Positions 40,651 through 50,915 are shown, numbered from the stretch's first letter. The stretch: 64,000 nt of DNA from a candidate division WOR-3 bacterium (GCA_011052815.1 DRIG01000023.1:466-64465), one strand, 5' to 3'. Numbers and translations are program-made. Notes: generated by a model from the letters alone, not told the origin.

Positions 40651-42498
40651 TCAAGCTAACAGAAGGAGGAGCTCAGCGATCAGGCAGAAAAGCGCCAGAA
40701 AGAGGAAAAGACGGCTCAGGCTGCGTGTTTTCAGATCTTTCTCCATATCAAGAATATGGACATTCAGAACTTCGGCGGTATTCTTACCGAGCACCTTCAA
40801 ATTTCCCTCTTCCGGCCCCACATTGACGCCGAGTGTCTGGGAGGGCGTGGTATAAAAACCAGGCAGTAAAAACTTATCCCCTGTTTTCAAATATTCACCG
40901 GTGGGTGCCTTTAGTCCGCTGGTCTCCGGAACAGTATCCCCTACATAGAACTCTTTATCCGGCGAGGCATTACAGACATTGATTATCAATCTGAAGAGTA
41001 AAGGAACAAAAGCGGCTTTGTATACGATGTTCGTGGTCTGGGGTTCGAATCGTAAGGCGAGAACCGCGACATTACCGTCGACTATGATAAAAGGATATTC
41101 ACCGGTGAGTTTTGCAATAACTTTTTTGTCGGTCGAGAATTTGTGAAAGCGATATATCTTTATGTTCTTCAAACCGACATTTTTATCAAAAACCTTAAAG
41201 ATTGGATGATTATAGTCTATCCAATCAATGGTTACATACCCCTGAGCCGCGACCGTCTCCCCGGGGGTGCAGTACTGGCTGAGGAATGTCTTTAGGTTCT
41301 CACCGATTTCCGCACCGGGGAAAAAGATAAACCCGTGCCGCCTCTGCGCGATGAAATTATGTAACCGATAGATGTCACTCTTTGAAATATCGGGAACCCC
41401 GTTCAATATTACAACGGTGAATCTCCGTAAATCAACGCCTTTCAACGTGCTGGCTGTTTTGACGACGAAGAGCGGATTGAGTTTGTCCGCCGGCTGCAGG
41501 GCGGTATGCAGAAATTTATCATCACCCACAATCAAAATCTTTATTCTTTCGGGAAGTGATTTTGAAAAGAAATAGCTGTTGTCTTTCAGGAGGCTGTCAT
41601 CATAAATAGTGAATTTGCCGTGTGTTACAGAGACCGGCAGGAGAAATTCCACCTTTAAATCACTCTGCGCCTGAATCTCGGCTTCTTTTTCATAATGATA
41701 ACCGCCTGCCTGGAGTACGACCTTTCCCTGCCAGAACCTACTTGAATGGTTCATTAATTTCACATAGAGGCTGTAATTTTCTTCAGGTATGGAAATCGGG
41801 TCCTTTACAGCCACGCTCTCTATGGAGACATTCCCGCCGCAGGGGATTTTCAACCAGTAGAAATCCACTGTGTCGGCGGTAATATCTTCGGAAAATCCTC
41901 TGAAGGTGACCTCCTGACCGTCACCGATGTAGATGTACTCGAGATGATGCTTTGCTTTTTCTGACGGGGTCAACCCTGTCAACAGTGCAGAAAGCCTGCC
42001 CGTTTTATTGGAAAGTGTTATCTCTTCAATAATCTGCAGGGCGGATCTCTTATCCACCCATGAAATCGGTGCATCGGTGTCATGGAAGTCGGTTTTGTCG
42101 CAGAGGGGCAGGACGATAAATTCCGAACCGGCTGAGTACAGGGAGAGTATCTCAGCCGCCGCTTCTTTCGCCAGTGTGAAGTTTTCTCCGTAATCCATAC
42201 TATAGGAGTTGTCAAGCAGAAGAATCACGGATGCAAGACGCCGCGCTCCCGGAACCGGCCGCCTGACCTGAGGCTTTGCAAGACTGAGGAATATAAAGGT
42301 GATCAGCAGACAACGCAGGATAAGGATAAGAATTTCCCTAAATCTCAACCAGCCCAGTTTTTTCGCTTCGGTCTTCTTCAGAAATTTCAAGGAGGAAAAT
42401 GGAATCTTCTGCAGTCTTTTATGAAACCAGAGGTGGATTATGATGGGTACGGCGGTGAGACCGACGCCGAGAAGAAAGAAGGGTTGCAGAAAACTCAT
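40651..42498 (-). CDS. BatA (aerotolerance N-terminal) + VWA domain membrane protein
   Basis: PIIIHL....IPFSSLKFL, LAKP, LLDNSYSM MIDAS-like motif, C-terminal TM. Confidence 0.85.
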   Translation of the reverse strand: MSFLQPFFLLGVGLTAVPIIIHLWFHKRLQKIPFSSLKFLKKTEAKKLGWLRFREILILILRCLLITFIFLSLAKPQVRRPVPGARRLASVILLLDNSYSMDYGENFTLAKEAAAEILSLYSAGSEFIVLPLCDKTDFHDTDAPISWVDKRSALQIIEEITLSNKTGRLSALLTGLTPSEKAKHHLEYIYIGDGQEVTFRGFSEDITADTVDFYWLKIPCGGNVSIESVAVKDPISIPEENYSLYVKLMNHSSRFWQGKVVLQAGGYHYEKEAEIQAQSDLKVEFLLPVSVTHGKFTIYDDSLLKDNSYFFSKSLPERIKILIVGDDKFLHTALQPADKLNPLFVVKTASTLKGVDLRRFTVVILNGVPDISKSDIYRLHNFIAQRRHGFIFFPGAEIGENLKTFLSQYCTPGETVAAQGYVTIDWIDYNHPIFKVFDKNVGLKNIKIYRFHKFSTDKKVIAKLTGEYPFIIVDGNVAVLALRFEPQTTNIVYKAAFVPLLFRLIINVCNASPDKEFYVGDTVPETSGLKAPTGEYLKTGDKFLLPGFYTTPSQTLGVNVGPEEGNLKVLGKNTAEVLNVHILDMEKDLKTRSLSRLFLFLALFCLIAELLLLLA

Positions 42499-43385
42499 GG
42501 AAGTTTTTTCCTCTTCTGAAGATAGGCGAACAGTGCTTTATCATAGAGCGTATTGGTGTACATGATTTCGTAATCGATATATGAGGCGAGCAATCTGTCA
42601 TGATAGAGTTTCAATATCTTATTGAATTTTTTCCGATATGAATCACGGATGGCGTCCGGTTGAATTACAAGTTCTTCTTTGTTCTCGAGGTCGCAGAATA
42701 TCGCCGATTTATTAAAAGGAAATGTGGCTTCATCGGGATCGAGGATATGAAAGACAAGGAGCTCGTGCTTTCGGTATCTGAAAGAACGCAGCGCCTTGAT
42801 CACCGTCTCCGGTTCATCCAGGAGGTCTGAGAGTAGAATAACGATTCCCCGACGTTTTATTTTTTGCGCCAGTTCAAAGAGCATATTGGATAAAGAGGTT
42901 TCGCCACCCGCTGCGGCGCTGTCAATGGTATTGAGAATCTGCAGGAAATTACTTCTCTTTGAAGAAGGTGGAATGATTACCTTGAGTTTCTTATCAAAGG
43001 TTGCAATACCCACACTGTCTTTCTGCCTGAAGAGCATATATGCCAGGCTGGCGCTCAGATACTTCGCATATTCAAGTTTTTCTATCTTTTTTCCGTACCC
43101 CATTGAACCGCTTTTATCAAGAAGGATATATGCACGCAAATTTGTTTCTTCCTGAAATTCTTTGATGTAGAAACGGTCACTGCGTGCAAAAACCTTCCAA
43201 TCAATACGCTTCGGTTCATCACCGGGCATATACTGACGATAATCGGCGAACTCCTGAGAAAATCCCTTGTATGGACTGGAGTGCAAACCGCTCATAAATC
43301 CCTCGACGACCAGCCTCGCCTTCAATTCCAGACGAGATAGACGAGCGAGGACTTCTGGATTAAGATATTTTCTGGAAGTACTCAA
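42495..43385 (-). CDS. DUF58 domain protein
   Basis: GLHSSPYKGFSQEFADYRQYMPGD, IDWK, LDKSGSM. Confidence 0.93.
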   Translation of the reverse strand: MSTSRKYLNPEVLARLSRLELKARLVVEGFMSGLHSSPYKGFSQEFADYRQYMPGDEPKRIDWKVFARSDRFYIKEFQEETNLRAYILLDKSGSMGYGKKIEKLEYAKYLSASLAYMLFRQKDSVGIATFDKKLKVIIPPSSKRSNFLQILNTIDSAAAGGETSLSNMLFELAQKIKRRGIVILLSDLLDEPETVIKALRSFRYRKHELLVFHILDPDEATFPFNKSAIFCDLENKEELVIQPDAIRDSYRKKFNKILKLYHDRLLASYIDYEIMYTNTLYDKALFAYLQKRKKLP

Positions 43386-44277
43386 AGGTTCTTCTTATCC
43401 CCTCTTTCAGGGATACTATTGGCCGCCACTGAATCAAGGATTCCGCCTTTGTCGGATCAATGACATTTCTCCGTACCTCTTCAAGCCGCGGTGCGTCGTG
43501 TCGATGTGCGACCCGCTGTCCGGTTATCTCGGAGAGCATATCTATCAATTCATTGACACTCGTTTCGATCCCGGTGCCGATATTTAAAATAACAGAATCA
43601 CAGGTCAAGGCGGAGATGTTCGCATTGACGACGTCCGCCACGTATACGAAATCACGCGTTTGAGCACCGTCGCCGAAGACCACACACTCTTTATTCTTCA
43701 AGATCTGTTCAATGAAGATGGAAATGACGCCGGCTTCACTCTTTGATATCTGCCTGGGTCCGTAAACATTACTGTATCTTAATATCACGTAATCTATATT
43801 ATGCTGTAATGAGAAAAGAGTAAGATATCGTTCAAATGTCGCTTTGGAGATACCATAGGGTGAATTCGGTCTTATCGGATAGTCTTCGGTGATCGGAAGC
43901 TCCTTCGGCTCACCATAGACCGTGCCGCCGCTCGATGCAAAGATGAACTTTTTAACGCCGTATCGAAGAGCCGCGGACATCAAATTCAAAGAACCTATGA
44001 TATTGACATCTGCATCAAAAAGGGGGTCTTCAGCTGAAACCCGTACATTGATCTGGGCGGCGTGGTGATTGACAACGTCGAATTTTCCTTCTTCGAATAT
44101 TTTTTTGATATTTTGACTGCGGATATCTTCCTTAAAAAATTTCGCCTCAGGGTTGAGATTTTTTATATCACCGGTTGAGAGATTATCGATTATTGAAACC
44201 TTATGTCCCATATCTATGTAGGCATCAACAATATGGGAGCCGATAAATCCACAACCTCCGGTTACAAGAATCTTCAT
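43360..44277 (-). CDS. NAD-dependent epimerase/dehydratase (GalE-like)
   Basis: TGGCGFIGS, HHAAQ, YGISK (YxxxK), RYSNVYGPRQ. Confidence 0.93.
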   Translation of the reverse strand: MKILVTGGCGFIGSHIVDAYIDMGHKVSIIDNLSTGDIKNLNPEAKFFKEDIRSQNIKKIFEEGKFDVVNHHAAQINVRVSAEDPLFDADVNIIGSLNLMSAALRYGVKKFIFASSGGTVYGEPKELPITEDYPIRPNSPYGISKATFERYLTLFSLQHNIDYVILRYSNVYGPRQISKSEAGVISIFIEQILKNKECVVFGDGAQTRDFVYVADVVNANISALTCDSVILNIGTGIETSVNELIDMLSEITGQRVAHRHDAPRLEEVRRNVIDPTKAESLIQWRPIVSLKEGIRRTFEYFQKIS

Positions 44278-44373
44278 GCTGAAAAATTATATCTATAAAA
44301 TCAGGAGAGTCAACCGCCATAATGAAATCAAATCTTTCTTGATTTTAGAAAAAAGTTCGGTATAATATAGACT

Positions 44374-45588
44374 ATGTCGATAATAGTAACCAAATTCGGT
44401 GGGACTTCACTCGCGACACCGGCATTGATTATGAGTGTCGCGAAAAAGATTTTTCGTATAAGCAAGAACAACGATGTAGTGGTGGTGGTCTCTGCAATGG
44501 GCGATACAACAGATAAACTTCTTGCAATGTCCCGGCAAATAACCGCCGAGCCGAAGGCCCGGGAGCTGGATATGCTCCTGACCGCCGGCGAGAGGATATC
44601 CGTCGCCCTGCTCTCCATGGCACTGGAAAAATTAAATTTAAAGGCGGTCTCATACACCGGCTCCCAGGTGGGAATCATCACCGATAATAAACACACAGAC
44701 GCGAGGATTCTTGAGATCAGGGGGGAGCGGCTCAAAAAGGCGCTGTCCGAGCACAAGATCACTGTTGTCTGCGGTTTTCAGGGAGTGAGTCTGGAAAAAG
44801 AAATAACGACCCTGGGCCGCGGTGGTTCAGATACTACTGCACTTGCTTTAAGCGCCGCTTTAAAGGCGGAAAGATGTATCATCTATACGGATGTCGACGG
44901 TGTCTATACAGAGGATCCGAATAAATATCCCGGGGTTAAAAAAATCAATAAAATTTCTTATAATGAGATGCTGGAGTTGTCCTGCCGCGGCGCCCAGGTC
45001 CTCCATCCACGGGCATCAAGCATCGCCGCCCGTTTTAAAATCCCGGTCGAGATACGCAACAGCTTCAACAACAAGAGCGGCACCTTGATAACCGATCTAA
45101 AGAGGATTGAAAACCCCCGGCCAAAGGCGATAACCCATAATGATGAACTTTATTTGATCACTTTGATGAGAGTGATTAAACGGCCCAATTATCTTTCACA
45201 GATTGTAACCGAGCTGGCGAAAGCCGGCATTCATCTGAAATTCTTTTTTCACGGTATTTCGTCGGCGAAGAAATTCGATCTTTCCTTCATAATCCCCCTT
45301 GAAGAAAAGGAGAAGGCGAAATCGATATTAAGGAAGGTTGCTGAGAAGCTCAAGATTCGACAGATCAGCGAATCTTCGGATATCTGTTCTCTCAGTTTGA
45401 TCGGTCAGGGCATTGGTTCGGCGAACAGAATATTAACTGAAGTCTTCAACACTCTTTCAAAAACAAAGATTCACATCGAAGCGATCACCACTTCTGAATT
45501 ATCCGTTAATATCTTCCTGAGAAAAAAATACCTGGACCGCGGAGTAAACGCCCTGCTGGAAAAATTCAATTTAAAGAAGAAAACTTGA
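44374..45588 (+). CDS. lysC: Aspartate kinase with ACT domains
   Basis: KFGGTS, SAMGDTTD, LGRGGSD, DVDGVYT. Confidence 0.96.
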   Translation: MSIIVTKFGGTSLATPALIMSVAKKIFRISKNNDVVVVVSAMGDTTDKLLAMSRQITAEPKARELDMLLTAGERISVALLSMALEKLNLKAVSYTGSQVGIITDNKHTDARILEIRGERLKKALSEHKITVVCGFQGVSLEKEITTLGRGGSDTTALALSAALKAERCIIYTDVDGVYTEDPNKYPGVKKINKISYNEMLELSCRGAQVLHPRASSIAARFKIPVEIRNSFNNKSGTLITDLKRIENPRPKAITHNDELYLITLMRVIKRPNYLSQIVTELAKAGIHLKFFFHGISSAKKFDLSFIIPLEEKEKAKSILRKVAEKLKIRQISESSDICSLSLIGQGIGSANRILTEVFNTLSKTKIHIEAITTSELSVNIFLRKKYLDRGVNALLEKFNLKKKT

Positions 45589-46237
45589 AGACCACACCCA
45601 GCCCGAATTGATTGACCGTATATTTTATCCCCATATTGTCGCTGAACAACCAGTTACTCTCCGGTAGAATAGAAAATTTATCACCAATGACGAGCCCGAG
45701 TCCGTGTCCGTATTGAAAAATGTAGCGCGGCGGTCGTTCTGAATGTTCCTGACGGTCTCTCAGGTGAATCGAATAGATGATCTTCGGTGCATAAAACAAG
45801 CAAATTTTTTCAGTAATCTTTTTACTCAGGATAAAAGTCGGATAGAAATCAAACACATAATCAGTCACAAATCCTCTTCTTGTACCTTTCATATAACCGA
45901 ATCCGAACTTGAACGCCGCATCAATGGAATTCTTCCAGAACTGATATTTCAGGGAAACGACGCCGCAGGTGGGTGAGGAATATTTTATCTCAAACTCTGC
46001 ATTCTTGAAGACACCCACCCGGCCGAACAGATCAAATCTACGTGTGTCATAAGAGATAGAATCCGGATCATGGGTATACAGAGTGAAATTATTTATACTG
46101 AAGCCGAATGCATAATCACCGGGAACATAACTTACGGCGGACTCGTACGTGCAGTATGACTGTGACCAGGTGTTGGGCAGACTCTGGGAAAAAATCATAC
46201 AAATAAAAAATGACAATAAGAATGTACTTCGCTGCAT
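45566..46237 (-). CDS. Hypothetical exported protein, likely outer-membrane beta-barrel
   Basis: Signal peptide, aromatic-rich alternating strands; promoter TTGACA-N17-TATAAT at 46244-46272. Confidence 0.6.
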   Translation of the reverse strand: MQRSTFLLSFFICMIFSQSLPNTWSQSYCTYESAVSYVPGDYAFGFSINNFTLYTHDPDSISYDTRRFDLFGRVGVFKNAEFEIKYSSPTCGVVSLKYQFWKNSIDAAFKFGFGYMKGTRRGFVTDYVFDFYPTFILSKKITEKICLFYAPKIIYSIHLRDRQEHSERPPRYIFQYGHGLGLVIGDKFSILPESNWLFSDNMGIKYTVNQFGLGVVFKFSSLN

Positions 46238-46302
46238 ATTCCCATTATAAAAAAAAATACCACCGGTGTCAATACCAGAATCCTGGAGTATCCTACAATT
46301 TT

Positions 46303-47610
46303 CTAATGGGCCCCTTCCTGCTTTAACACCGTAAGTATGGTTTTTAAGAATATCTTTAAATCAAGTTTCAGTGACATGTTATTTATGTACTGCAGATCAT
46401 AACTCAGTTTCTTCTTGACATCTTCGATCGAAGTGTCATAAGTATGTTTCACCTGAGCCAGACCCGTAATTCCGGGATGGACATTCAACCGCAGGGTGTA
46501 AAGCGGTATCGATTTCTTTAATTCTTCAACAAAAGCAGGTCTCTCGGGTCGGGGACCGACAAAACTCATATCTCCCTTCAACACATTAAAAAGCTGGGGT
46601 AACTCGTCAAGTCGGAAAGGACGCAGGATTCTTCCCACCCGCGTAATCCGTTCATCATTCTTTGACGCCCAGACCGGACCAGTATGTTTCTCAGCGTCAC
46701 TGATCATCGAACGGAACTTATAAAGAGTGAACTCCTTACCGCGGAAACCCAACCTCCTCTGTTTGTAAAACACAGGACCACTGCTGTCTATTTTGATGAA
46801 AAGTGATATCAATAGCAGAATGGGTGCCAAAAGCACCAATGAAATTGCGACAATTGTAATATCCATCACCCGTTTCAAAAAACGATCCCAGTTTGACAAC
46901 GGATGAAAAATAATCTTCAAAAACGGTGAATCAGGAATCTTCTGCACAAGAAAATATTTATAGACCAGTGAATATAATTTCGGAGAGATGAATATTTCAT
47001 ATTTTGTATCGGCGAATTTTGAAATTATATTAAAAACACTATTCATACTGTGCCCGTTACTCTCGATGACGATACCCTGAATATTGTGTTTGGACAGCAC
47101 CTCCTCCTGCATGGCACGATTGAATTCACTCAATTTCACCTTCTTGACAACATTGAAGTTGCTGTAGTCGTTTATTGTATCCCCATTTTGAAAAATCAGC
47201 ACCTTCTCCTGTGGGGTTTTGAAGAACTCACCGACTATCCCCCGCCAGAAAAACCGCCAGACAAGGATTGACGGTATCAGCACCAGATATGAAGGAATAA
47301 AGCCGCTGGCTTTGACGAAGTTTATATTGATAAGATAACTCACTCCGAAAATCATCAAAAGCCCGACGCATATCGCCTTAAAGATCTTGAACAATTCGTT
47401 CATTATCTGCACTTTTGAACGGGGGACATAGAGTTCGTATGTCTGGAACAGAAAAAGCCAGAAAATAAGGATAAGAAAATTACCGATAATCGAATGCCAA
47501 CTTATCACTGAAGTGTTTATAGCCGAGGCTTTCCAGCTGATAAAATAGACTGCGGAAAGTATCAGCACATCACCTGAGATAGTCAGTAAAAATTCAGTCT
47601 TACGGTTCAT
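46303..47610 (-). CDS. Polyprenyl-phosphate sugar phosphotransferase (WcaJ/WbaP-like)
   Basis: Four N-terminal TMs; KFRSM, RLDELPQLFNVLKGDMSFVGPRPE, PGITGLAQ. Confidence 0.93.
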   Translation of the reverse strand: MNRKTEFLLTISGDVLILSAVYFISWKASAINTSVISWHSIIGNFLILIFWLFLFQTYELYVPRSKVQIMNELFKIFKAICVGLLMIFGVSYLININFVKASGFIPSYLVLIPSILVWRFFWRGIVGEFFKTPQEKVLIFQNGDTINDYSNFNVVKKVKLSEFNRAMQEEVLSKHNIQGIVIESNGHSMNSVFNIISKFADTKYEIFISPKLYSLVYKYFLVQKIPDSPFLKIIFHPLSNWDRFLKRVMDITIVAISLVLLAPILLLISLFIKIDSSGPVFYKQRRLGFRGKEFTLYKFRSMISDAEKHTGPVWASKNDERITRVGRILRPFRLDELPQLFNVLKGDMSFVGPRPERPAFVEELKKSIPLYTLRLNVHPGITGLAQVKHTYDTSIEDVKKKLSYDLQYINNMSLKLDLKIFLKTILTVLKQEGAH

Positions 47611-47799
47611 CAAACATCTGAATTACTGCTAACAACCTCCTTGTAACCGATCTTTATCTTTAGTGACCCATCTCCCGGCTTGCAGTTTTATACTGGAACC
47701 AGCCGTTAAAGAAAATGTTGTTCTTAAAATCGATGATGAAAAAATAGTATTTAAACTGAAGCCCATCAAACATCTAAGGTGCCGCTAACAACCTCCTTG
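47608..47799 (-). repeat. Two copies of a 36-nt motif, period 156 nt
   Basis: 47608-47643 vs 47764-47799, 31/36 identical; consensus on minus strand CAAGGAGGTTGTTAGC-N8-AGATGTTTGATG. Confidence 0.8.
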
Positions 47800-47884
47800 G
47801 ACATATCCCATTATATCCAGTATATAAAAGTTGTCAAGAGATCAGTTTCTGTTGACTTTTCGGGATATTTTTTTATAATATGGT

Positions 47885-48127
47885 GTGCGTATAGATCTAT
47901 TCTTAAAAAAAATACTTATTTTCAAAAAAAGGAACGAAGCGAAAATGATGTGCAACAAAGAGTTGATAAAAGTGAACGGCAGGATCAGTAAACCGTCCCG
48001 AAATGTGCGGAAAGGTGACGTTATTGAAATAGAAACTTTTCACGGCTTGGTGAAATTAAAAGTCCTGGAAATTCCAGCGGGAAATGTTAAAAAAAGCGAA
48101 GCGGATCTCTATTATGAAAGATTATAA
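47885..48127 (+). CDS. S4-domain RNA-binding protein (Hsp15/YabO-like)
   Basis: MRIDLFL....KKRNEAK..C....VNGRISKPS..V..GD; leaderless GTG. Confidence 0.9.
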   Translation: MRIDLFLKKILIFKKRNEAKMMCNKELIKVNGRISKPSRNVRKGDVIEIETFHGLVKLKVLEIPAGNVKKSEADLYYERL

Positions 48128-48184
48128 ATACTGTTCGGTTACGGAAGATCCGAACTTTATCACGGTTTTTAAAAAAAGCCCTTC

Positions 48185-49114
48185 ATGATGAAGATCGGTA
48201 TTACGATCGGCGATCCCGCGGGCATCGGTCCGGAAATAATTCTGAAGAGTGCCTCTATGATGAAAAACATAGGGAATCTGTTCATATTCGGTAATAAAAA
48301 AATTTTAAAAAAAACCGCGCTTGACCTGGGTCTTCGATCCAATTACGGATTGATAAAAGATAAGATACTCGATTGTATCGGAAATATAACTTTTCAATAC
48401 GGAAAACCTTCTGGCAAGACCGGCCGGGCGGCGATGGAGTCGTTAAAGAGCGCTCTGGATCAGGGGGTTGATGTCTTAATTACTTCACCGATCGTAAAAG
48501 ATGTTATAAGAGATTTCATACCGGGCTTCATCGGACATACTGAATATCTCGCCCGATATTTCAAAACCAGAAACTATGCCATGATGGGGCTCTGGCGAAA
48601 CAAAAGAATCATGCTCCTGACCACCCACGTCCCGATGCGCCGTATATTTAAAACAATCACCGTAAGAAATGTGTTGAAGAAAATAATACTTCTCGACCAA
48701 AGTACAAAAAAATATTTCGGAGTCAAAAGACCGAAGATCGGAGTGAGTTCTTTGAATCCTCACGCCTTTGAATTCAGCCTTGGTGAGGATGAACAGATAC
48801 AAAAAGCAGTGATTGAAGCGCGAAAGCTGAAGATCGATGTATCTGGGCCATATCCCGCAGATTCACTCTTCAATCGCAGTTTTGATGCGTTTCTGGCGAT
48901 GTATCATGACCAGGCGATGATTTATCTTAAGTCGAAAAACAGAGGCTTGAATTTCACTGTCGGCATTCCGATTATCAGACTTTCTCCTCTATTCGGCGCC
49001 GCACTCGATATCGCCGGAAAGAGAATAGCAGATGAATCGGGTTTTATCCATGCAATCCTGCAAGGTATAAAGATCTTCAAAAATGTGAGGAAATATGAAA
49101 AAAAAGAATCTTGA
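48185..49114 (+). CDS. pdxA: PdxA family 4-hydroxythreonine-4-phosphate dehydrogenase (divergent)
   Basis: TIGDPAGIGPE, GHTE, TTHVP, LNPHA, GPYPADS, AMYHDQ. Confidence 0.85.
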   Translation: MMKIGITIGDPAGIGPEIILKSASMMKNIGNLFIFGNKKILKKTALDLGLRSNYGLIKDKILDCIGNITFQYGKPSGKTGRAAMESLKSALDQGVDVLITSPIVKDVIRDFIPGFIGHTEYLARYFKTRNYAMMGLWRNKRIMLLTTHVPMRRIFKTITVRNVLKKIILLDQSTKKYFGVKRPKIGVSSLNPHAFEFSLGEDEQIQKAVIEARKLKIDVSGPYPADSLFNRSFDAFLAMYHDQAMIYLKSKNRGLNFTVGIPIIRLSPLFGAALDIAGKRIADESGFIHAILQGIKIFKNVRKYEKKES

Positions 49115-50300
49115 TCAAAAACAACATCTGAATTATTTTTGGCTTTTTCTGTTATGTTTCTTCACCCTGATATTCTGTTCACGTAAAAGCGACCTCCAGA
49201 AAGGTATTGAAGCGATAAAAAAAGGTGATTATGCAAAAGCGGTGCGGACCCTGGAAAAAAGTCTGGAAGCCGACTCCATGAATCCGGATGTCCATTATAA
49301 CCTCAGCTTTGCATACGCTAATCTCGATTCCGTGAGGAGCTCATTTTTACATTATCTTAAACTTGTCGAAATGGAGTCTCCGTTGAAAAATGACGTAAAA
49401 TTGAAAGAACTGCTTGCGAACTTTCTGAACTTAGACCCATACCCGGCACGCTTGATACCCATGAAAGGAATGAATCAATTTAAAGGTTCTCTGGCGCCGC
49501 AAGGAGATATCATTGCTGTTGCTGCGGCAAAACGCGACATCGCAAACATCTATCTGGTGACATTAAAGGGAAAAATTAAAGAGAAAATAACCTCGCGGGG
49601 GATGAATACCGACCCCGACTTCTCACCGACCGGCGATTATATCGTGTATGTTTCAAATATAGACGGTGATGACGAATTGTATCTTTACGAGTTAAAGACC
49701 AAAAAGGTCAAAAAGATCACCGACAACACCGCTAAAGATTTCTCACCGTCATTTTCACCAGACGGCGAGGAAATCGTGTTTGTCTCTAATATGGACGAGC
49801 CGTATAAATGGGAAATCTATAAAATTAACGTGAGTTCGGGACGTATCAAACGGTTGACCAGAAACAATTACTGGGACGGTTTCCCGAAATTCTCTTCTGA
49901 TGGAAAGTTCATTGTTTTTTCATCCAAAAGGGACGGCAGTGAAGACATATATCGTATGAAGAAAAACGGCGGCGGTGAGAAGATTCTCTATAAGAGCACC
50001 GGTGACGACAGCGATCCGACTTTGATCGACGATAATCTCTTCTTCAAATCAGATCAGAACGGAAACCTGGAAATTTTCCGATATAATCTGAAAACCAAAA
50101 AGTTGACCCGGATTACAAACAATCGTGTTCCAGACTGGAATCCACGCATCGCAAAAGACGGTTCAAAAATGTTGGTTACAAAAAAAGTCAAAAAACGATG
50201 GCGGCTCTATCTGATTGACTTCAAAAACGGTATAGCGAGCGAGTTACTTGCTGAAAGAATAAAGGCGAAACTGAAAATAAATACCACCGAGAAAAAATAG
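49095..50300 (+). CDS. TPR + TolB-like (PD40) beta-propeller lipoprotein
   Basis: Lipobox-like IFC; repeated PDFSPTG/PSFSPDG/PKFSSDG motifs. Confidence 0.85.
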   Translation: MKKKNLDQKQHLNYFWLFLLCFFTLIFCSRKSDLQKGIEAIKKGDYAKAVRTLEKSLEADSMNPDVHYNLSFAYANLDSVRSSFLHYLKLVEMESPLKNDVKLKELLANFLNLDPYPARLIPMKGMNQFKGSLAPQGDIIAVAAAKRDIANIYLVTLKGKIKEKITSRGMNTDPDFSPTGDYIVYVSNIDGDDELYLYELKTKKVKKITDNTAKDFSPSFSPDGEEIVFVSNMDEPYKWEIYKINVSSGRIKRLTRNNYWDGFPKFSSDGKFIVFSSKRDGSEDIYRMKKNGGGEKILYKSTGDDSDPTLIDDNLFFKSDQNGNLEIFRYNLKTKKLTRITNNRVPDWNPRIAKDGSKMLVTKKVKKRWRLYLIDFKNGIASELLAERIKAKLKINTTEKK

Positions 50301-50400
50301 ATTTTCAGCTTTTACTACAGAAAAGTATAGTATATTACATTCTTTCATCTTGACAAAACAAAAATTGTGTATATAATTTCTCAATGGAAAAGGAGGTAAA

Positions 50401-50901
50401 ATGAAAAAGCTTTTTGCTGTAGCAATAGCTGTTTCCATATTCAGCGGTCTCTATGCTTTAAATCTCGGTCTCGGTGTTGCCTATCAGGATGTTACCGAGG
50501 ATGCACGCTATCTCGCAGTCAAAGCCGACGCCCGTGTTCCAGTACTTCCCATTCTTGACTGGCGTGCCGGCCTATTGAATGTAGCGCTTCCTGACGGCGG
50601 TAAGGCAATTCACTTTGGTACTAGTGTATCTTCTGACCTGCTCATTAAATTCCCGATGCCGGCTTCATTTCAGCCGTATCTGGTTATGGGGCTTTGGTTT
50701 GATATGGGGCTTGAGGACGAACCCTTAGATTATACAGTACTTAAGCTCAAAGCGGGTCTCGGCGGTGAAATGGGTCTCGGCGGTGTAAATGCCTATTTAG
50801 AAGGCGGTCTTGATAAATTCAACTGGACAAAAGATGGTGATCCTGCAACCTCACAGGAGATCTATGTGCAAATTGGAGTACTGCTGCCGGTTGGTCTATA
50901 G
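50401..50901 (+). CDS. Small outer-membrane beta-barrel-like protein
   Basis: Signal peptide, Gly/aromatic alternating strands; promoter TTGACA-N16-TATAAT at 50350-50377. Confidence 0.65.
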   Translation: MKKLFAVAIAVSIFSGLYALNLGLGVAYQDVTEDARYLAVKADARVPVLPILDWRAGLLNVALPDGGKAIHFGTSVSSDLLIKFPMPASFQPYLVMGLWFDMGLEDEPLDYTVLKLKAGLGGEMGLGGVNAYLEGGLDKFNWTKDGDPATSQEIYVQIGVLLPVGL

Positions 50902-50915
50902 GTAAAACACTCTAT

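Noticed and set aside
47660-47710. Plus-strand PGLQFYTG resembling aldose 1-epimerase
   Set aside because: Very short, closed by a stop, no other galM sequence; probably chance
47608-47799. 36-nt repeats as a CRISPR array
   Set aside because: Only two copies, a 120-nt spacer, a degenerate centre and no cas genes
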